Below the pieces are notes generated by a model, which saw only the letters and a list, made by a program, of their open reading frames with translations, ran no database searches and was not told where the DNA came from. Both the position numbers and the translations under genes were made by a program. Shown one piece after another: positions 1-9,588 of a stretch of 64,000 nt of DNA. How positions within the stretch are numbered: the stretch's first letter is position 1; every line of letters begins with the position of its first letter. This stretch comes from Alphaproteobacteria bacterium (GTDB taxonomy: Bacteria > Pseudomonadota > Alphaproteobacteria > UBA9219): the NCBI GenBank assembly GCA_009779135.1, contig WREW01000002.1, positions 78,953 to 142,952 of the forward strand. The letters run 5' to 3'.

Positions 1-151
1 CAATTCTCGCGCGTTCCCCTTACCGACTTTCTCACGCGATTTGGCCGCAAAGACTGTGACTTGTTCTGCCATGACTTGCTTCCCTCTTGTTTTAATAAAC
101 CGGCCTCCAGGGGTGCCGGACGGGACACTATGCCCCTTTTTCACGCCTGCT

Positions 152-1111
152 TTAGGTAAACAGGCTTGAAACCGAACGTTCCTGACTGATGCGCGCAATG
201 GCCTCGGCCAAAAGCGGCGCGATCGTCAGTTTTCTGATTTTTTCACATGAGGCCACAGCCTCAGTCGCCGCGATGGTGTCCGTGCATGTGACGGACGTCA
301 GCGCCGAGCTTTCAATCCGCTCCACCGCCTTGCCTGAAAACACGCCATGCGTGCAATAAGCGGCGACCGAAGCCGCTCCATCATCCATCATCGCCCGCGC
401 GGCATTGCATAAAGTGCCTGCGCTATCGACCATGTCGTCAATGATAAGACAATGGCGGCCTTTGATGTCGCCGATGATGTTCATGACTTCGCTGTCACCG
501 GCGCGGGCGCGGCGCTTGTCGATAATGGCCAGATCCGCGTCAATGCGCCGCGCAAGATGGCGCGCGCGCACCACACCACCGACATCAGGCGAAACCACTG
601 TAATATCCTCCGGCATTTTGCCGTGCACCGACAGTCTTTCGCGCAGATCATTAACCAAAACGGGCGCGGCAAAAAGATTGTCCACCGGAATATCGAAAAA
701 GCCCTGAATCTGCATGGCGTGCAGATCCATTGTCAAAACGCGATCCGCACCGGCCACTGTAATCAGATTGGCCACAAGCTTGGCCGTGATGGGCGAGCGC
801 GGCGCTGATTTGCGATCCTGCCGCGCATAGCCGTAATAGGGGATAACAGCCGTGATCCGGCGCGCCGAGCTTCGCTTGAGCGTGTCGATCGTAACCAAAA
901 GCTCCACCAAAGTATCATTGGTGGGAAAGGATGTGGGCTGAATGACAAAAGTGTCTTCGCCACGGACATTTTCAAGAATCTCAACGCCCACTTCGCCATC
1001 CGCAAAACGCCTTATATTGGTCTGCGCCAAGCGAAGACCAAGATATTCGGCAATAGCATCAGCTAAAGGCGGGTTGCTGGTTCCCGCGATCAGTTTTATA
1101 TTTGAACTCAT
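152..1111 (-). CDS. prs: ribose-phosphate pyrophosphokinase
   Basis: 319 aa; PRPP synthetase motifs ([16 protein letters not shown], divalent-cation and ribose-5-P binding loops); full length. Confidence 0.9.
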   Translation of the reverse strand: MSSNIKLIAGTSNPPLADAIAEYLGLRLAQTNIRRFADGEVGVEILENVRGEDTFVIQPTSFPTNDTLVELLVTIDTLKRSSARRITAVIPYYGYARQDRKSAPRSPITAKLVANLITVAGADRVLTMDLHAMQIQGFFDIPVDNLFAAPVLVNDLRERLSVHGKMPEDITVVSPDVGGVVRARHLARRIDADLAIIDKRRARAGDSEVMNIIGDIKGRHCLIIDDMVDSAGTLCNAARAMMDDGAASVAAYCTHGVFSGKAVERIESSALTSVTCTDTIAATEAVASCEKIRKLTIAPLLAEAIARISQERSVSSLFT

Positions 1112-1194
1112 GGTTAAAGTCCCTTTGTGATCCGCTTTCGAGGCGTTCTATAGCAGGGGCAGGCGCCTCTGTAAATCATTACGGGTGGTTTTGG

Positions 1195-1977
1195 TTATTC
1201 TTTCTTTTTGCCCTCGGCTGCCCCAAGGTCTTTTGGCCTAAGTTCCATAGATTGTCTATGGTGTTGAAGACCCTGATTATAGCGCAAACGACCGATCTCT
1301 TCAGGGGTCAGGGTTTTTTTCGTGGGCGCGGAGCTTGTCTGGGGCATAATGTCACTCATCACTTGGGCCGCCTGAGTTTTCAACCCCCCGCGATTAGGCC
1401 TCATATTCTTGATATCATCTATAACTTTCAAACTTTTAGACGCTATTATTCCCACAAGCTTGCTGTTAGGCTCCCACCCACCCGCTTGCACACTATAGCC
1501 TATGACGGCTCCGGCAGCTTCAAGTGAGAAGATTGACCCAATCGTTCTGGGCTTGCTGGCGGGTAAGGGGGGACGGATAAAGTTTACAACCTCCTGAAAT
1601 AGGGGATTGGTTCTTTTCATGCCAGCAATTTCAAGGTTTGTTTCAAGCCTGTGGCCCAAACGGATCAAAAAAGTTTTGGCGGCCTGAGACCATTTAGGAC
1701 TCTTTTTATTCTTATCAACTTCCAAAGAAGCAAGGGCGGCTCTCTCTTCCTTTGAAAGTTTGAGATTTTTGTTGCTATTCATCCCGTTGGCAAGGCAGGA
1801 AATGGCTGTTTTTAAAAGCGCCAATGGGTTTTTGACGGCTACTGGATTTCGAACCGGCGCTGTGTTTGCCCCCTCATAAACGGCTTTATCACCGGTAATT
1901 TTCAGCGAACCCTCGCCGCTCGCTGCCGGAACTTGAGCCAGACCTTGAAGGTGAGGGTTTTTTATGTCGATAACCAT
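1195..1977 (-). CDS. hypothetical protein (orphan, Lys/Asn rich)
   Basis: 260 aa ORF between prs and rpsT; no recognisable domain; lower GC than neighbours. Confidence 0.4.
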   Translation of the reverse strand: MVIDIKNPHLQGLAQVPAASGEGSLKITGDKAVYEGANTAPVRNPVAVKNPLALLKTAISCLANGMNSNKNLKLSKEERAALASLEVDKNKKSPKWSQAAKTFLIRLGHRLETNLEIAGMKRTNPLFQEVVNFIRPPLPASKPRTIGSIFSLEAAGAVIGYSVQAGGWEPNSKLVGIIASKSLKVIDDIKNMRPNRGGLKTQAAQVMSDIMPQTSSAPTKKTLTPEEIGRLRYNQGLQHHRQSMELRPKDLGAAEGKKKE

Positions 1978-2139
1978 AGGCGTTTCCTTTCGTTCTTATT
2001 CTACACTTTTTTTAATAAAATCGCAAGTTTTTTATAGGGTTAATCCCTTCCGCCGCGTTAACTGTTGAAATCCCTTGACGGCAAGGGTGCTTATGCGTAT
2101 GAGTTTGGTTTTTCCGGATCAGGATAGGAACAAGACATC

Positions 2140-2421
2140 ATGGCAAACCATAAATCCGCTGCCAAACGCGCCCGTCAAAGCGTCAAGCGCAACAAGCTTA
2201 ATCGCGCGCACCGCTCCACGGCACATACATCGGCGAGGAAAGTCGAAAAAGCTCTGGCTATTAAGGATCTGACATCTGCCAAGGAAACGCTGCAACAGGC
2301 TGAATCTGTTCTTGCGCGCGCGGCAAGTCGCGGCACACTTCACCGTAAAACAGCGGCGCGCAAAACTTCGCGTCTTGCAAAGGCTGTAAAAAAGCTTGCT
2401 TTGGAGCAAAAAGCTTCTTAA
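2140..2421 (+). CDS. rpsT: 30S ribosomal protein S20
   Basis: 93 aa, MANHKSAAKRARQS... typical S20 N-terminus; conserved rpsT-dnaA synteny. Confidence 0.9.
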   Translation: MANHKSAAKRARQSVKRNKLNRAHRSTAHTSARKVEKALAIKDLTSAKETLQQAESVLARAASRGTLHRKTAARKTSRLAKAVKKLALEQKAS

Positions 2422-2442
2422 AATCAGTTTTACTTTATTTTA

Positions 2443-2480
2443 AAACGCGCGATCGGTGTTTCATCCGACTGCGCGTTTTT
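2443..2480 (+). terminator. putative rho-independent terminator of rpsT
   Basis: imperfect GC hairpin (acgcgcgatcgg...ccgactgcgcgt) followed by TTTTT. Confidence 0.4.
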
Positions 2481-2658
2481 GCATCTCTAAAGTGTGTAAC
2501 ATTTTCGGTTCAGAGATAAATAAAAAGTGCAAGCGAATCTTTTTTCATGTTCTTGCTTCAACCCCATTGAAAAACGAATCAGTTTTGGTCTATAGATGTG
2601 AGCACAGCACAAGGCTGATGTTTTTTCCGAACATTGCGCACTCTATGCGAGGACTCTT

Positions 2659-4122
2659 ATGACGTCAAAATCAATCATCCAGTCGGACAGTGACGACATA
2701 CAGAATCCTGAGATGATTGACTCTCCTTCTTTAAACGAAAAACCGATCAGCCTGTGGGGCGATCTGCGCGAAAAACTCCGCGACCGTCTTGGTGAGACTG
2801 TTTATCGCCGCTGGATCGAACCGGTTGAAGGAAAAGTCAGCAAAGAAGAAGGCGGACAGCTTTCCCTTTCCATTATTGTACCGACACCTTTTATGTGCGA
2901 CTGGATTAAAGCGCATTACGGCGATGTGATCCGCATGTTCTGGCATAAGCTCGGCGGACAGGGTGATGTGGGTTTTGTGATTGACTCGCCTCTGGCCCGC
3001 GCGGCGCGTACCGTTGTCGTGCAGCAAAAGACTCCGGTGCCGGTGGCCGCGCCAAAAGATGAGGCTGAAGCTTTTCCCGCCAATGTTAATGCGAATATTT
3101 TTGAAGCCGCGCTTGATCCGCGTTTCACTTTTGACAATTTCGTTGTCGGCAAAACCAATGAGCTTGCTTACGCCGCAGCGCGCCGCGTGGCGGATACGGA
3201 AACGCCGACTTTCAATCCTTTGTTTCTGTATGGCAAATCAGGGCTCGGCAAAACGCATTTAATGCATGCCATTGCTTGGCAGATCCGCCAGAACTTTCCC
3301 CATCGCCGCGTTATCTATATGTCGGCGGAGCGCTTTATGTACCAGTTTGTGCGCGCGCTGCGTTACAAAGATACGGTTTCGTTCAAGGAGCAATTCCGTT
3401 CGGTCGATGTGCTGATGATTGATGATGTCCAGTTTATCGGCGGCAAGGATACAACGCAGGAAGAGTTTTTCCATACCTTCAACGCGCTTGTGGATCGCAA
3501 CCGTCAGGTTATTGTCTCAGCCGACAAGTCGCCGCAGGATCTTGACCGCGTGGAAGAAAGACTCCGCTCGCGTCTGGGCTGGGGCTTGGTTGCGGATCTT
3601 CATCCCGCCAATTACGAGCTTCGTTTGGGCATTTTGCAAGCCAAGGCCGCCAAGCTCGGCTGCGTGGTGCCAGACAAGGTGATTGAGTTTCTGGGCCACA
3701 AGATCACCTCGAATGTGCGCGAGCTTGAAGGCGCGCTCAACAGGATTGTCGCCCATGCGCAGCTTGTGGGGCGGACGATCTCGCTTGAAATGACGCAGGA
3801 GGTTTTGACGGATGTCCTGCGCTCGACAGAGCGGCGCATCACGATTGATGAAATCCAAAAGAAAGTGGCGGAGCATTATAATATCCGCGTGGCCGACATG
3901 CATTCGGCAAGACGCTCCCGCGCGGTGGCAAGGCCTCGGCAGGTGGCGATGTATCTGGCCAAACAGCTTACGCCCCGCAGCCTTCCTGAAATAGGCCGCA
4001 AGTTCGGCGGGCGCGATCATACGACCGTTATTCATGCTGTTAGGAAAATTGAAGAGCTTGCCTCTTACGACACCAACTTCCGTGAGGATGTGGATTTGTT
4101 GCGCCGGTTGTTGCAGGGTTAA
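2659..4122 (+). CDS. dnaA: chromosomal replication initiator DnaA
   Basis: 487 aa; AAA+ Walker A GKSGLGKTHL, box VII, C-terminal DNA-binding domain. Confidence 0.95.
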   Translation: MTSKSIIQSDSDDIQNPEMIDSPSLNEKPISLWGDLREKLRDRLGETVYRRWIEPVEGKVSKEEGGQLSLSIIVPTPFMCDWIKAHYGDVIRMFWHKLGGQGDVGFVIDSPLARAARTVVVQQKTPVPVAAPKDEAEAFPANVNANIFEAALDPRFTFDNFVVGKTNELAYAAARRVADTETPTFNPLFLYGKSGLGKTHLMHAIAWQIRQNFPHRRVIYMSAERFMYQFVRALRYKDTVSFKEQFRSVDVLMIDDVQFIGGKDTTQEEFFHTFNALVDRNRQVIVSADKSPQDLDRVEERLRSRLGWGLVADLHPANYELRLGILQAKAAKLGCVVPDKVIEFLGHKITSNVRELEGALNRIVAHAQLVGRTISLEMTQEVLTDVLRSTERRITIDEIQKKVAEHYNIRVADMHSARRSRAVARPRQVAMYLAKQLTPRSLPEIGRKFGGRDHTTVIHAVRKIEELASYDTNFREDVDLLRRLLQG

Positions 4123-4130
4123 ATCATAAT

Positions 4131-4232
4131 TGTCATTGCGAGGAAAGCCGCCGCAGGCGGCTTGACGCGGCAATCTCGGCGATGTTGCAGAGATTGCCAC
4201 GTCAGGCCTAAAGGCCTTCCTCGCAATGACAA
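4131..4232. repeat. family-1 palindromic miniature repeat (gtcattgcgagg ... cctcgcaatgac), copy 1
   Basis: ~100 bp nested palindrome in the dnaA/HAD intergenic region; same element recurs at 6332, 21978, 46461, 52067 and 55196. Confidence 0.75.
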
Positions 4233-4239
4233 TGTGATC

Positions 4240-4911
4240 TCAGAATACAAATCCAAGATCGCGCACGGCTTCCCTGATTTCGCTAAAATCATTGACCGTC
4301 CGCATGGTGCCGGAGGCTTCGAAAGGCAAAGGCTGGCCGTGCGTTATTAAAATATAGGGCATGCCGGCGCGGAAAGCAGCGGTGGCGTCGCGCGGGCCGT
4401 CGCCGATGAAAAGGCTTCCCTCAACGCTTTCCCCCAAAGCCGCAAGCGCGCCGAGCAAATGGCCCGGGTTGGGTTTATGAACCTGAAAGGTATCGCCGCC
4501 CGCAATAAAGTCAAAATAACGCGCAAGGCCGAGCTTTTCCAAAAGATCTTTGGCCTGAACCTCGCTGTTGTTGGTGCATAGGCCGATTTTAATGCCTTGA
4601 TCCTTCAGCGCGCGCAGGATTTCGACCACGCCTGCGACAATCTGCGCCGGATCCGGCAGCGTATGGCGGTGGAAGAGGATAAACTTTTTGACATAAGGAA
4701 AAATGTCTTCGGAAGGCATGCCTCCTGTCGCCTTGAGCGCTTTTTCGACAAAGCTCATAAGCCCGTCATCATAGATGGCTCTGGCCTGAGGCTCAGGCAA
4801 GGGCGGGCGGCCCAGATCAGCCAGCAAAAGCGTAAGGCTTTGCTGCATATCATAAAACGAATCCACCAAAGTGCCCTCAAGATCAAAAAGGACAGCTTTT
4901 AAAGGTTGCAT
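4240..4911 (-). CDS. HAD-superfamily hydrolase (phosphoglycolate phosphatase-like)
   Basis: 223 aa; DxD motif (VLFDLEGTL) at the N-terminus; HAD motifs II-IV. Confidence 0.7.
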   Translation of the reverse strand: MQPLKAVLFDLEGTLVDSFYDMQQSLTLLLADLGRPPLPEPQARAIYDDGLMSFVEKALKATGGMPSEDIFPYVKKFILFHRHTLPDPAQIVAGVVEILRALKDQGIKIGLCTNNSEVQAKDLLEKLGLARYFDFIAGGDTFQVHKPNPGHLLGALAALGESVEGSLFIGDGPRDATAAFRAGMPYILITHGQPLPFEASGTMRTVNDFSEIREAVRDLGFVF

Positions 4912-4981
4912 GACCTAACCTCGCGCCTTAAAAAGATATAGTCCTCTTAGGATGAAACAGAAGATGAAGGGAATCAAGCAA

Positions 4982-6325
4982 ATGAATCTGGCCTGCCTTA
5001 TTCTTGCCGCCGGTAAGGGCGAGCGGATGCGCTCGGAAACGCCGAAGGTCATGCATCCTGTTGCGGGGCTGCCTATGATGACGCATGTGCTCAAGGCCTG
5101 CGAGGGCCTTAAAGCTGATAAAATCATTGTTGTTATCGGGCCGGATCAAGACCAGATCGCGCGCGCCGCCGCCCCTTATCCCTGCGCGATACAAAAAGAG
5201 CGGCTGGGAACCGGCGATGCCGTGCGGGCGGCGCGTGATATGCTGGCCGGTTTTGAAGGGCTTGTTCTGGTTGTTTTCGGCGATGCGCCTCTTTTAAGAC
5301 CGGAAACTTTGGAAAGCCTTGTTCAGCGCCAGCGTGAGTCCGGCGCCGCTCTGGTGGTCGGCGGGTTTACGCCGGAGGATCCTGCCTCTTATGGCCGTCT
5401 TGTTGTGGACGAAATGGGGCAGCTTTTGGCTATTGTCGAGGCCGCAGACGCAGGCGAGGCCCAGCGCGCCATCGGTTTGTGCAATGGCGGGGGAATGTTG
5501 TTTGAAGCGCGGCATATGTGGACTTTGCTTGACAAGGTCGGAAACAACAACAGCAAACAGGAATATTACCTGACCGACTGCGTGAAGATCGCCAATCAGG
5601 AAGGGCTTAAAGTCTCTGTGGCCCTGCTTGAAGCCGAGGATCTGGAGGGCGCCAATACGCGCCTCCAACTGGCCGGCCTTGAGCAGCTGATGCAAAAGCG
5701 TTTGCGCGCGCGGCATATGATGGCGGGCGTCACGATGATTGATCCTGAAAGCGTGACATTGGCGGCAGATACGGTGCTTGGCTATGATGTGACGATTGAG
5801 CCTTGCGTCTTTTTCGGCACTGGCGTTGTTGTCGGCGATCATGTTCATATTCGCGCTTTTTCACATCTTGAGCAGGCTGTGATCGAGCCGCGCGCGGTGA
5901 TCGGCCCCTTTGCGCGCATAAGACCCGGAAGCGTGATCGGCACAGCGGCACGGATCGGCAATTTTGTTGAAATCAAAAACAGCGCCATCGGCGCAGGCGC
6001 GAAAGTCAATCATCTTTCTTATATCGGCGATGCCTCGGTCGGGATGCAAAGCAATATCGGGGCAGGGACTATTACCTGCAATTATGACGGCTTCAACAAA
6101 ATGCGCACGGATATCGGCGCCGGCACGTTTGTGGGATCGAACAGCACTTTGGTTGCACCTCTTTCTTTGGGTGACGGCGTTTATATCGCCGCAGGCAGTA
6201 CCATCACGCAGGATGTGCCGACAGATTCTTTGGCCGTGGCGCGGGAAAGACAGACCAACAATGCCGGATGGGCCGGTCGTTTCCGTGAATCGCAAAGCAA
6301 GATTAAGCCGGTCGGTCGGGCTTAA
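4982..6325 (+). CDS. glmU: bifunctional UDP-GlcNAc pyrophosphorylase / GlcN-1-P N-acetyltransferase
   Basis: LILAAGKGERM nucleotidyltransferase motif; C-terminal left-handed beta-helix hexapeptide repeats. Confidence 0.9.
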   Translation: MNLACLILAAGKGERMRSETPKVMHPVAGLPMMTHVLKACEGLKADKIIVVIGPDQDQIARAAAPYPCAIQKERLGTGDAVRAARDMLAGFEGLVLVVFGDAPLLRPETLESLVQRQRESGAALVVGGFTPEDPASYGRLVVDEMGQLLAIVEAADAGEAQRAIGLCNGGGMLFEARHMWTLLDKVGNNNSKQEYYLTDCVKIANQEGLKVSVALLEAEDLEGANTRLQLAGLEQLMQKRLRARHMMAGVTMIDPESVTLAADTVLGYDVTIEPCVFFGTGVVVGDHVHIRAFSHLEQAVIEPRAVIGPFARIRPGSVIGTAARIGNFVEIKNSAIGAGAKVNHLSYIGDASVGMQSNIGAGTITCNYDGFNKMRTDIGAGTFVGSNSTLVAPLSLGDGVYIAAGSTITQDVPTDSLAVARERQTNNAGWAGRFRESQSKIKPVGRA

Positions 6326-6331
6326 ATAAAT

Positions 6332-6428
6332 TGTCATTGCGAGGCGGGCCGCAAGGCCCAACGAAGCAATCTCGGCAATATCGCAGGGATTGCCGCGTCA
6401 GGCCTAAAGGCCTTCCTCGCAATGACAG
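6332..6428. repeat. family-1 palindromic miniature repeat, copy 2
   Basis: gtcattgcgagg...cctcgcaatgacag between glmU and carD. Confidence 0.75.
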
Positions 6429-6478
6429 TGGGGGGCGGGCTTCGCCGGCTTTTCTGTCAATGACAATGATGGCGCTTT

Positions 6479-6988
6479 CTAAGCGGCTTTCTTTTCCTTG
6501 GCCAGAACGCCTTCCAGTTTGGCGGTGGCTTTGGTTTGGTCGATTTTTTCGACAGCGGCGAGTTCGCGGGCGAGGCGTTCAAGCGCAGCTTGATAAATCT
6601 GACGTTCGCTGTAGGAATGTTCGGGCTGGTCAACGCCGCGATGCAAATCGCGCACGACTTCCGCAATCGAAACCGGATCGCCCGAGTTGATTTTGGATTC
6701 ATATTCCTGCGCCCGACGGCTCCACATCACGCGGCGAACTTTGGATTTTCCCTGCAGGGTTGATAAAGCTTCCTTGATGCGATCGCGCGAGCTGAGACGC
6801 CGCAGGCCCGAGGTCTTTGCCTTGACCACAGGAACTTTAAGACGCATGCGGTCATGCTCGAACATGATCGCGTAAAGCAGGACTTCCTGTCCGCCTACAT
6901 CAAAACTATCAATGCCTTCAACGCGGCCTACCCCATGGGCGGGGTAAACGACAAAATCACCCTTTTTAAACTCTAATTTCTCGGCCAT
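6479..6988 (-). CDS. carD: CarD-family transcriptional regulator
   Basis: 169 aa; FKKGDFVVYPAHGVGRVEGI RNA-polymerase-interacting domain typical of CarD/CdnL. Confidence 0.8.
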   Translation of the reverse strand: MAEKLEFKKGDFVVYPAHGVGRVEGIDSFDVGGQEVLLYAIMFEHDRMRLKVPVVKAKTSGLRRLSSRDRIKEALSTLQGKSKVRRVMWSRRAQEYESKINSGDPVSIAEVVRDLHRGVDQPEHSYSERQIYQAALERLARELAAVEKIDQTKATAKLEGVLAKEKKAA

Positions 6989-7205
6989 GTCCGTATCGCT
7001 CCTTTTATAACGCGGGTTTGGATATCAAAGAGGCAAGAATGCCACTCCCATCAAAACTTCTATTCTTGTATACCATTTTTTAGGGAATATTACAAAGCTT
7101 TCGTAGGAGTATCGTTAAGATTGTTATAAATCAATACGTTAAAAAGCGCTATGGTTAACGCTGAACATACCGGATCGTTAACATATGGAAACTTTCGGGG
7201 TAGAA

Positions 7206-8171
7206 TCAGGCTTGGGCAGCCGGAATCAGGGCTGGGGCCTCCTGCCAGACCCAGGCCGTTTCATCGGCAAAGAGCGCACGCAAAAGCTTGTTATGCATGG
7301 TGTGGCCGCCGCAAGAGCCTTTGAAAAGGCCCCGTATAGGCGCGCCGGCCAAAAACAGGTCGCCGATGGCATCCAGAAGTTTATGCCGGACAAACTCATC
7401 CGCAAAGCGCAGGCCGCCTTCATTAACCACAGTTTCATCACGCACAACAATCGCGTTGTCGAGCGAGCCGCCGCGCATAAAGCCCAGAGCGCGCATTTTT
7501 TCTACATCATCATAAAAGCCGAACGTGCGCGCGCGGCTGATCTCATTCTTAAATCCGTTTTGCGAGAGTGTAAAAGCGTAGCGCTGCGTTTGAATCAAAG
7601 CGCTTGCAAAGCTGATCGAAACATCAAACTGACTTTCTTCCGCAGGTAAAAGCGCAACATGCTTGCCGTCCGCTTTCACCTCAACAGGTTTAAGCACAAC
7701 AAGCTCACGACGCGGCGCGTCCTGCACCATCACGCCGGCCATATCAATCAGGAAAACAAAGGAATCCGCGCTGCCGTCCATAATGGGGACTTCGGGGCCA
7801 TCGACTTCGACAATGACATTGTCAACATCCGCTGCGCGCAGCGCCGCCATAAGATGTTCAATCGTTGCAACCTTGCTGCCATATCGGTTGCCGATGACGG
7901 TGCAAAGTCGTGTTTCGACAACATTGTCCCACTGCGCTTTGATACTGCGCGCGCCGTTTTTGAGATCCGTGCGGACAAAGACAATGCCTGTATCCGGTTC
8001 AGCCGGTAAAAGGCGCAGCGTGGCGCTTTCGCCCGCATGCACGCCGATTCCGGTGCACTGCACCGTACCGCGCAGAGTTTTTTGCCGCGCGGGTGTTAAC
8101 AATGCGCTTGCATGCAGCCCTTGGGGCGCCGTAGAACATGAAGCGGTAACGGGGGTATTTTGTATAAGCAT
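7206..8171 (-). CDS. lpxC: UDP-3-O-acyl-N-acetylglucosamine deacetylase
   Basis: 321 aa; LpxC two-domain architecture; conserved HxxxD-type motif (HKLLDAIGDL) near the C-terminus. Confidence 0.85.
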   Translation of the reverse strand: MLIQNTPVTASCSTAPQGLHASALLTPARQKTLRGTVQCTGIGVHAGESATLRLLPAEPDTGIVFVRTDLKNGARSIKAQWDNVVETRLCTVIGNRYGSKVATIEHLMAALRAADVDNVIVEVDGPEVPIMDGSADSFVFLIDMAGVMVQDAPRRELVVLKPVEVKADGKHVALLPAEESQFDVSISFASALIQTQRYAFTLSQNGFKNEISRARTFGFYDDVEKMRALGFMRGGSLDNAIVVRDETVVNEGGLRFADEFVRHKLLDAIGDLFLAGAPIRGLFKGSCGGHTMHNKLLRALFADETAWVWQEAPALIPAAQA

Positions 8172-8382
8172 AGGACTTTCTTTATTTATGAACCACGCCT
8201 ACTGATACCCGCAAGCCGCCCAAAGGGGAAATCAAGACTTATTACATTTTGTTACAGTCTCCTGAAAACACGGAAATAAGCTGGACAAGGCATCGTATAT
8301 TCTTTAACTTTTGCTTAGTAAACTAGGCTTACAAAAGTTTTTAGCCTTTATTTGCTTATTCAACCGGCGTAGAGGGATGGGG

Positions 8383-8961
8383 ATGATTTCAAAGCCTTTT
8401 TACCGCAGAATGCGCGGTTTTACACTGACCGAAGCGGCTATTGTCCTTGGTGTTGTCGGTGTTCTTTTGGCTGCCATATGGGTGGCCGCGGCGGCTTTGT
8501 ACAGCAGCTCGCGCATATCCACCTCAGGAAAACAGATTTTGCAGATTGCGCAGGCAACACGCGTTATGCATGCTCTGACTCAGTCCGTAGATCCGGCGCT
8601 TACGGCTGCGGATCTGGCCAAGGCCGGCGCTATCCCGAGGGATCTGGTTCAGACCTCCACAGATCCGATCCAGATCATCAATATCTGGGATGGCGCGGTG
8701 GAGGTGGTCGCCGCCAATCACCAGAGCGGCCCCAATCGCGCTTTTACCGTGACTTTCAAGAAGGTTCCGCGTGAGGCGTGCTCCCAGCTTCTTATGTGGC
8801 AAACGGGCAGGGACCGCGATCCGGGCCTTTTTGAGGCCGGCGCCAATGGCGTGCTTTTGGCGGAGATGCCCACTTCGTTGACTGAGGTCAATTCCATCTG
8901 CAACAAGCTCCCCACTGAGGGGTATAATGAGGTATTTTTTACTTTTTCTTTGAAGGTTTGA
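8383..8961 (+). CDS. type IV pilin / pseudopilin-like protein
   Basis: short basic leader ending in G followed by FTLTEAAIVLGVVGVLLAAIW (prepilin peptidase cleavage/methylation motif); no pilus assembly genes nearby. Confidence 0.6.
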   Translation: MISKPFYRRMRGFTLTEAAIVLGVVGVLLAAIWVAAAALYSSSRISTSGKQILQIAQATRVMHALTQSVDPALTAADLAKAGAIPRDLVQTSTDPIQIINIWDGAVEVVAANHQSGPNRAFTVTFKKVPREACSQLLMWQTGRDRDPGLFEAGANGVLLAEMPTSLTEVNSICNKLPTEGYNEVFFTFSLKV

Positions 8962-8967
8962 TGGGGC

Positions 8968-9010
8968 TACCCTTCTACCCAACCCTCCCCCGCAAGGGGG
9001 GAGGGCTAGA
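8968..9010. terminator. GC-rich hairpin (family-3 element) placed as a bidirectional terminator between the pilin gene and rnpB
   Basis: ccctcccccgcaagggggggagggc palindrome immediately 3' of both convergent genes. Confidence 0.45.
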
Positions 9011-9014
9011 GGTA

Positions 9015-9397
9015 GGCCAGATGGTCTGTAAGCCGGATTTTGTCTCTTTTCAGAGGACGGCCATTCATCTAGGCGGGATGTTGCCATCGCCGCTCATGCG
9101 ACCTACCCGAACCTGCCTGCCGTGACGAAAGCGGCTTTTGGTCTAGCCAAAAATGCGGTTCCTGTTTGGTCTTGCTCCCGATGGGGTTTTCCAGCCCTTT
9201 ATGTTGCCATAAAGGCGGTGCGCTCTTACCGCACCTTTTCACCCTTGCCGTGCCTGAAAGCGCGGCGGTTTTACTTTTCTGTGGCACTTTCCCTGGGGTC
9301 GCCCCCGCCGGCCATTAACCGGCATCGTTTCGTCTGGAGTCCGGACTTTCCTCTCCCTTAGCCAAAGGCAAGGCAGCGGCCATCCGACCATCTGGTT
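9015..9397 (-). ncRNA. rnpB: RNase P RNA, bacterial type A
   Basis: read on the minus strand: P1 helix ccagatggtc/gaccatctgg; P4 signature GGAAAGUCCGGACUCCA; AGGGAAAGUGCCACAGAAA; GGUAAGAGCGCACCGC; ACAGAACCCGGCUUA-like 3' region. Confidence 0.8.
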
Positions 9398-9588
9398 TCT
9401 TTCTTTTAGCATGGTTTTCGCAAAAGTTAACTATATATTACGGGGCCAAGGCTTCAGGCATGGTGTATTTTATGTTACAGTTCGGGTTCCATAGCCCCCT
9501 CAAGCCAAAAAAATGCTTACGATTTTGCGGAATAGCTGGTATAATTTCCCCTCGTTAAGCCCATTTTTTCAAGTCACAGGAGAGTTTC

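Noticed and set aside
2422-2658. oriC next to dnaA
   Set aside because: No cluster of DnaA boxes or AT-rich unwinding element is evident. Alphaproteobacterial origins are usually located near hemE. The claim cannot be supported from this sequence.
4162-4350. Short ORFs translating to ...RDCRVRPKGLPRND... (also at 6331..6690, 46369..46818 and 52098..52349)
   Set aside because: They are read-throughs of the family-1 palindromic repeat. The identical peptide appears because the same DNA repeat is translated, not because of a protein-coding gene family.
9069-9361. ORFs 9069..9287 (-) and 9122..9361 (+)
   Set aside because: They overlap the RNase P RNA gene and are spurious.
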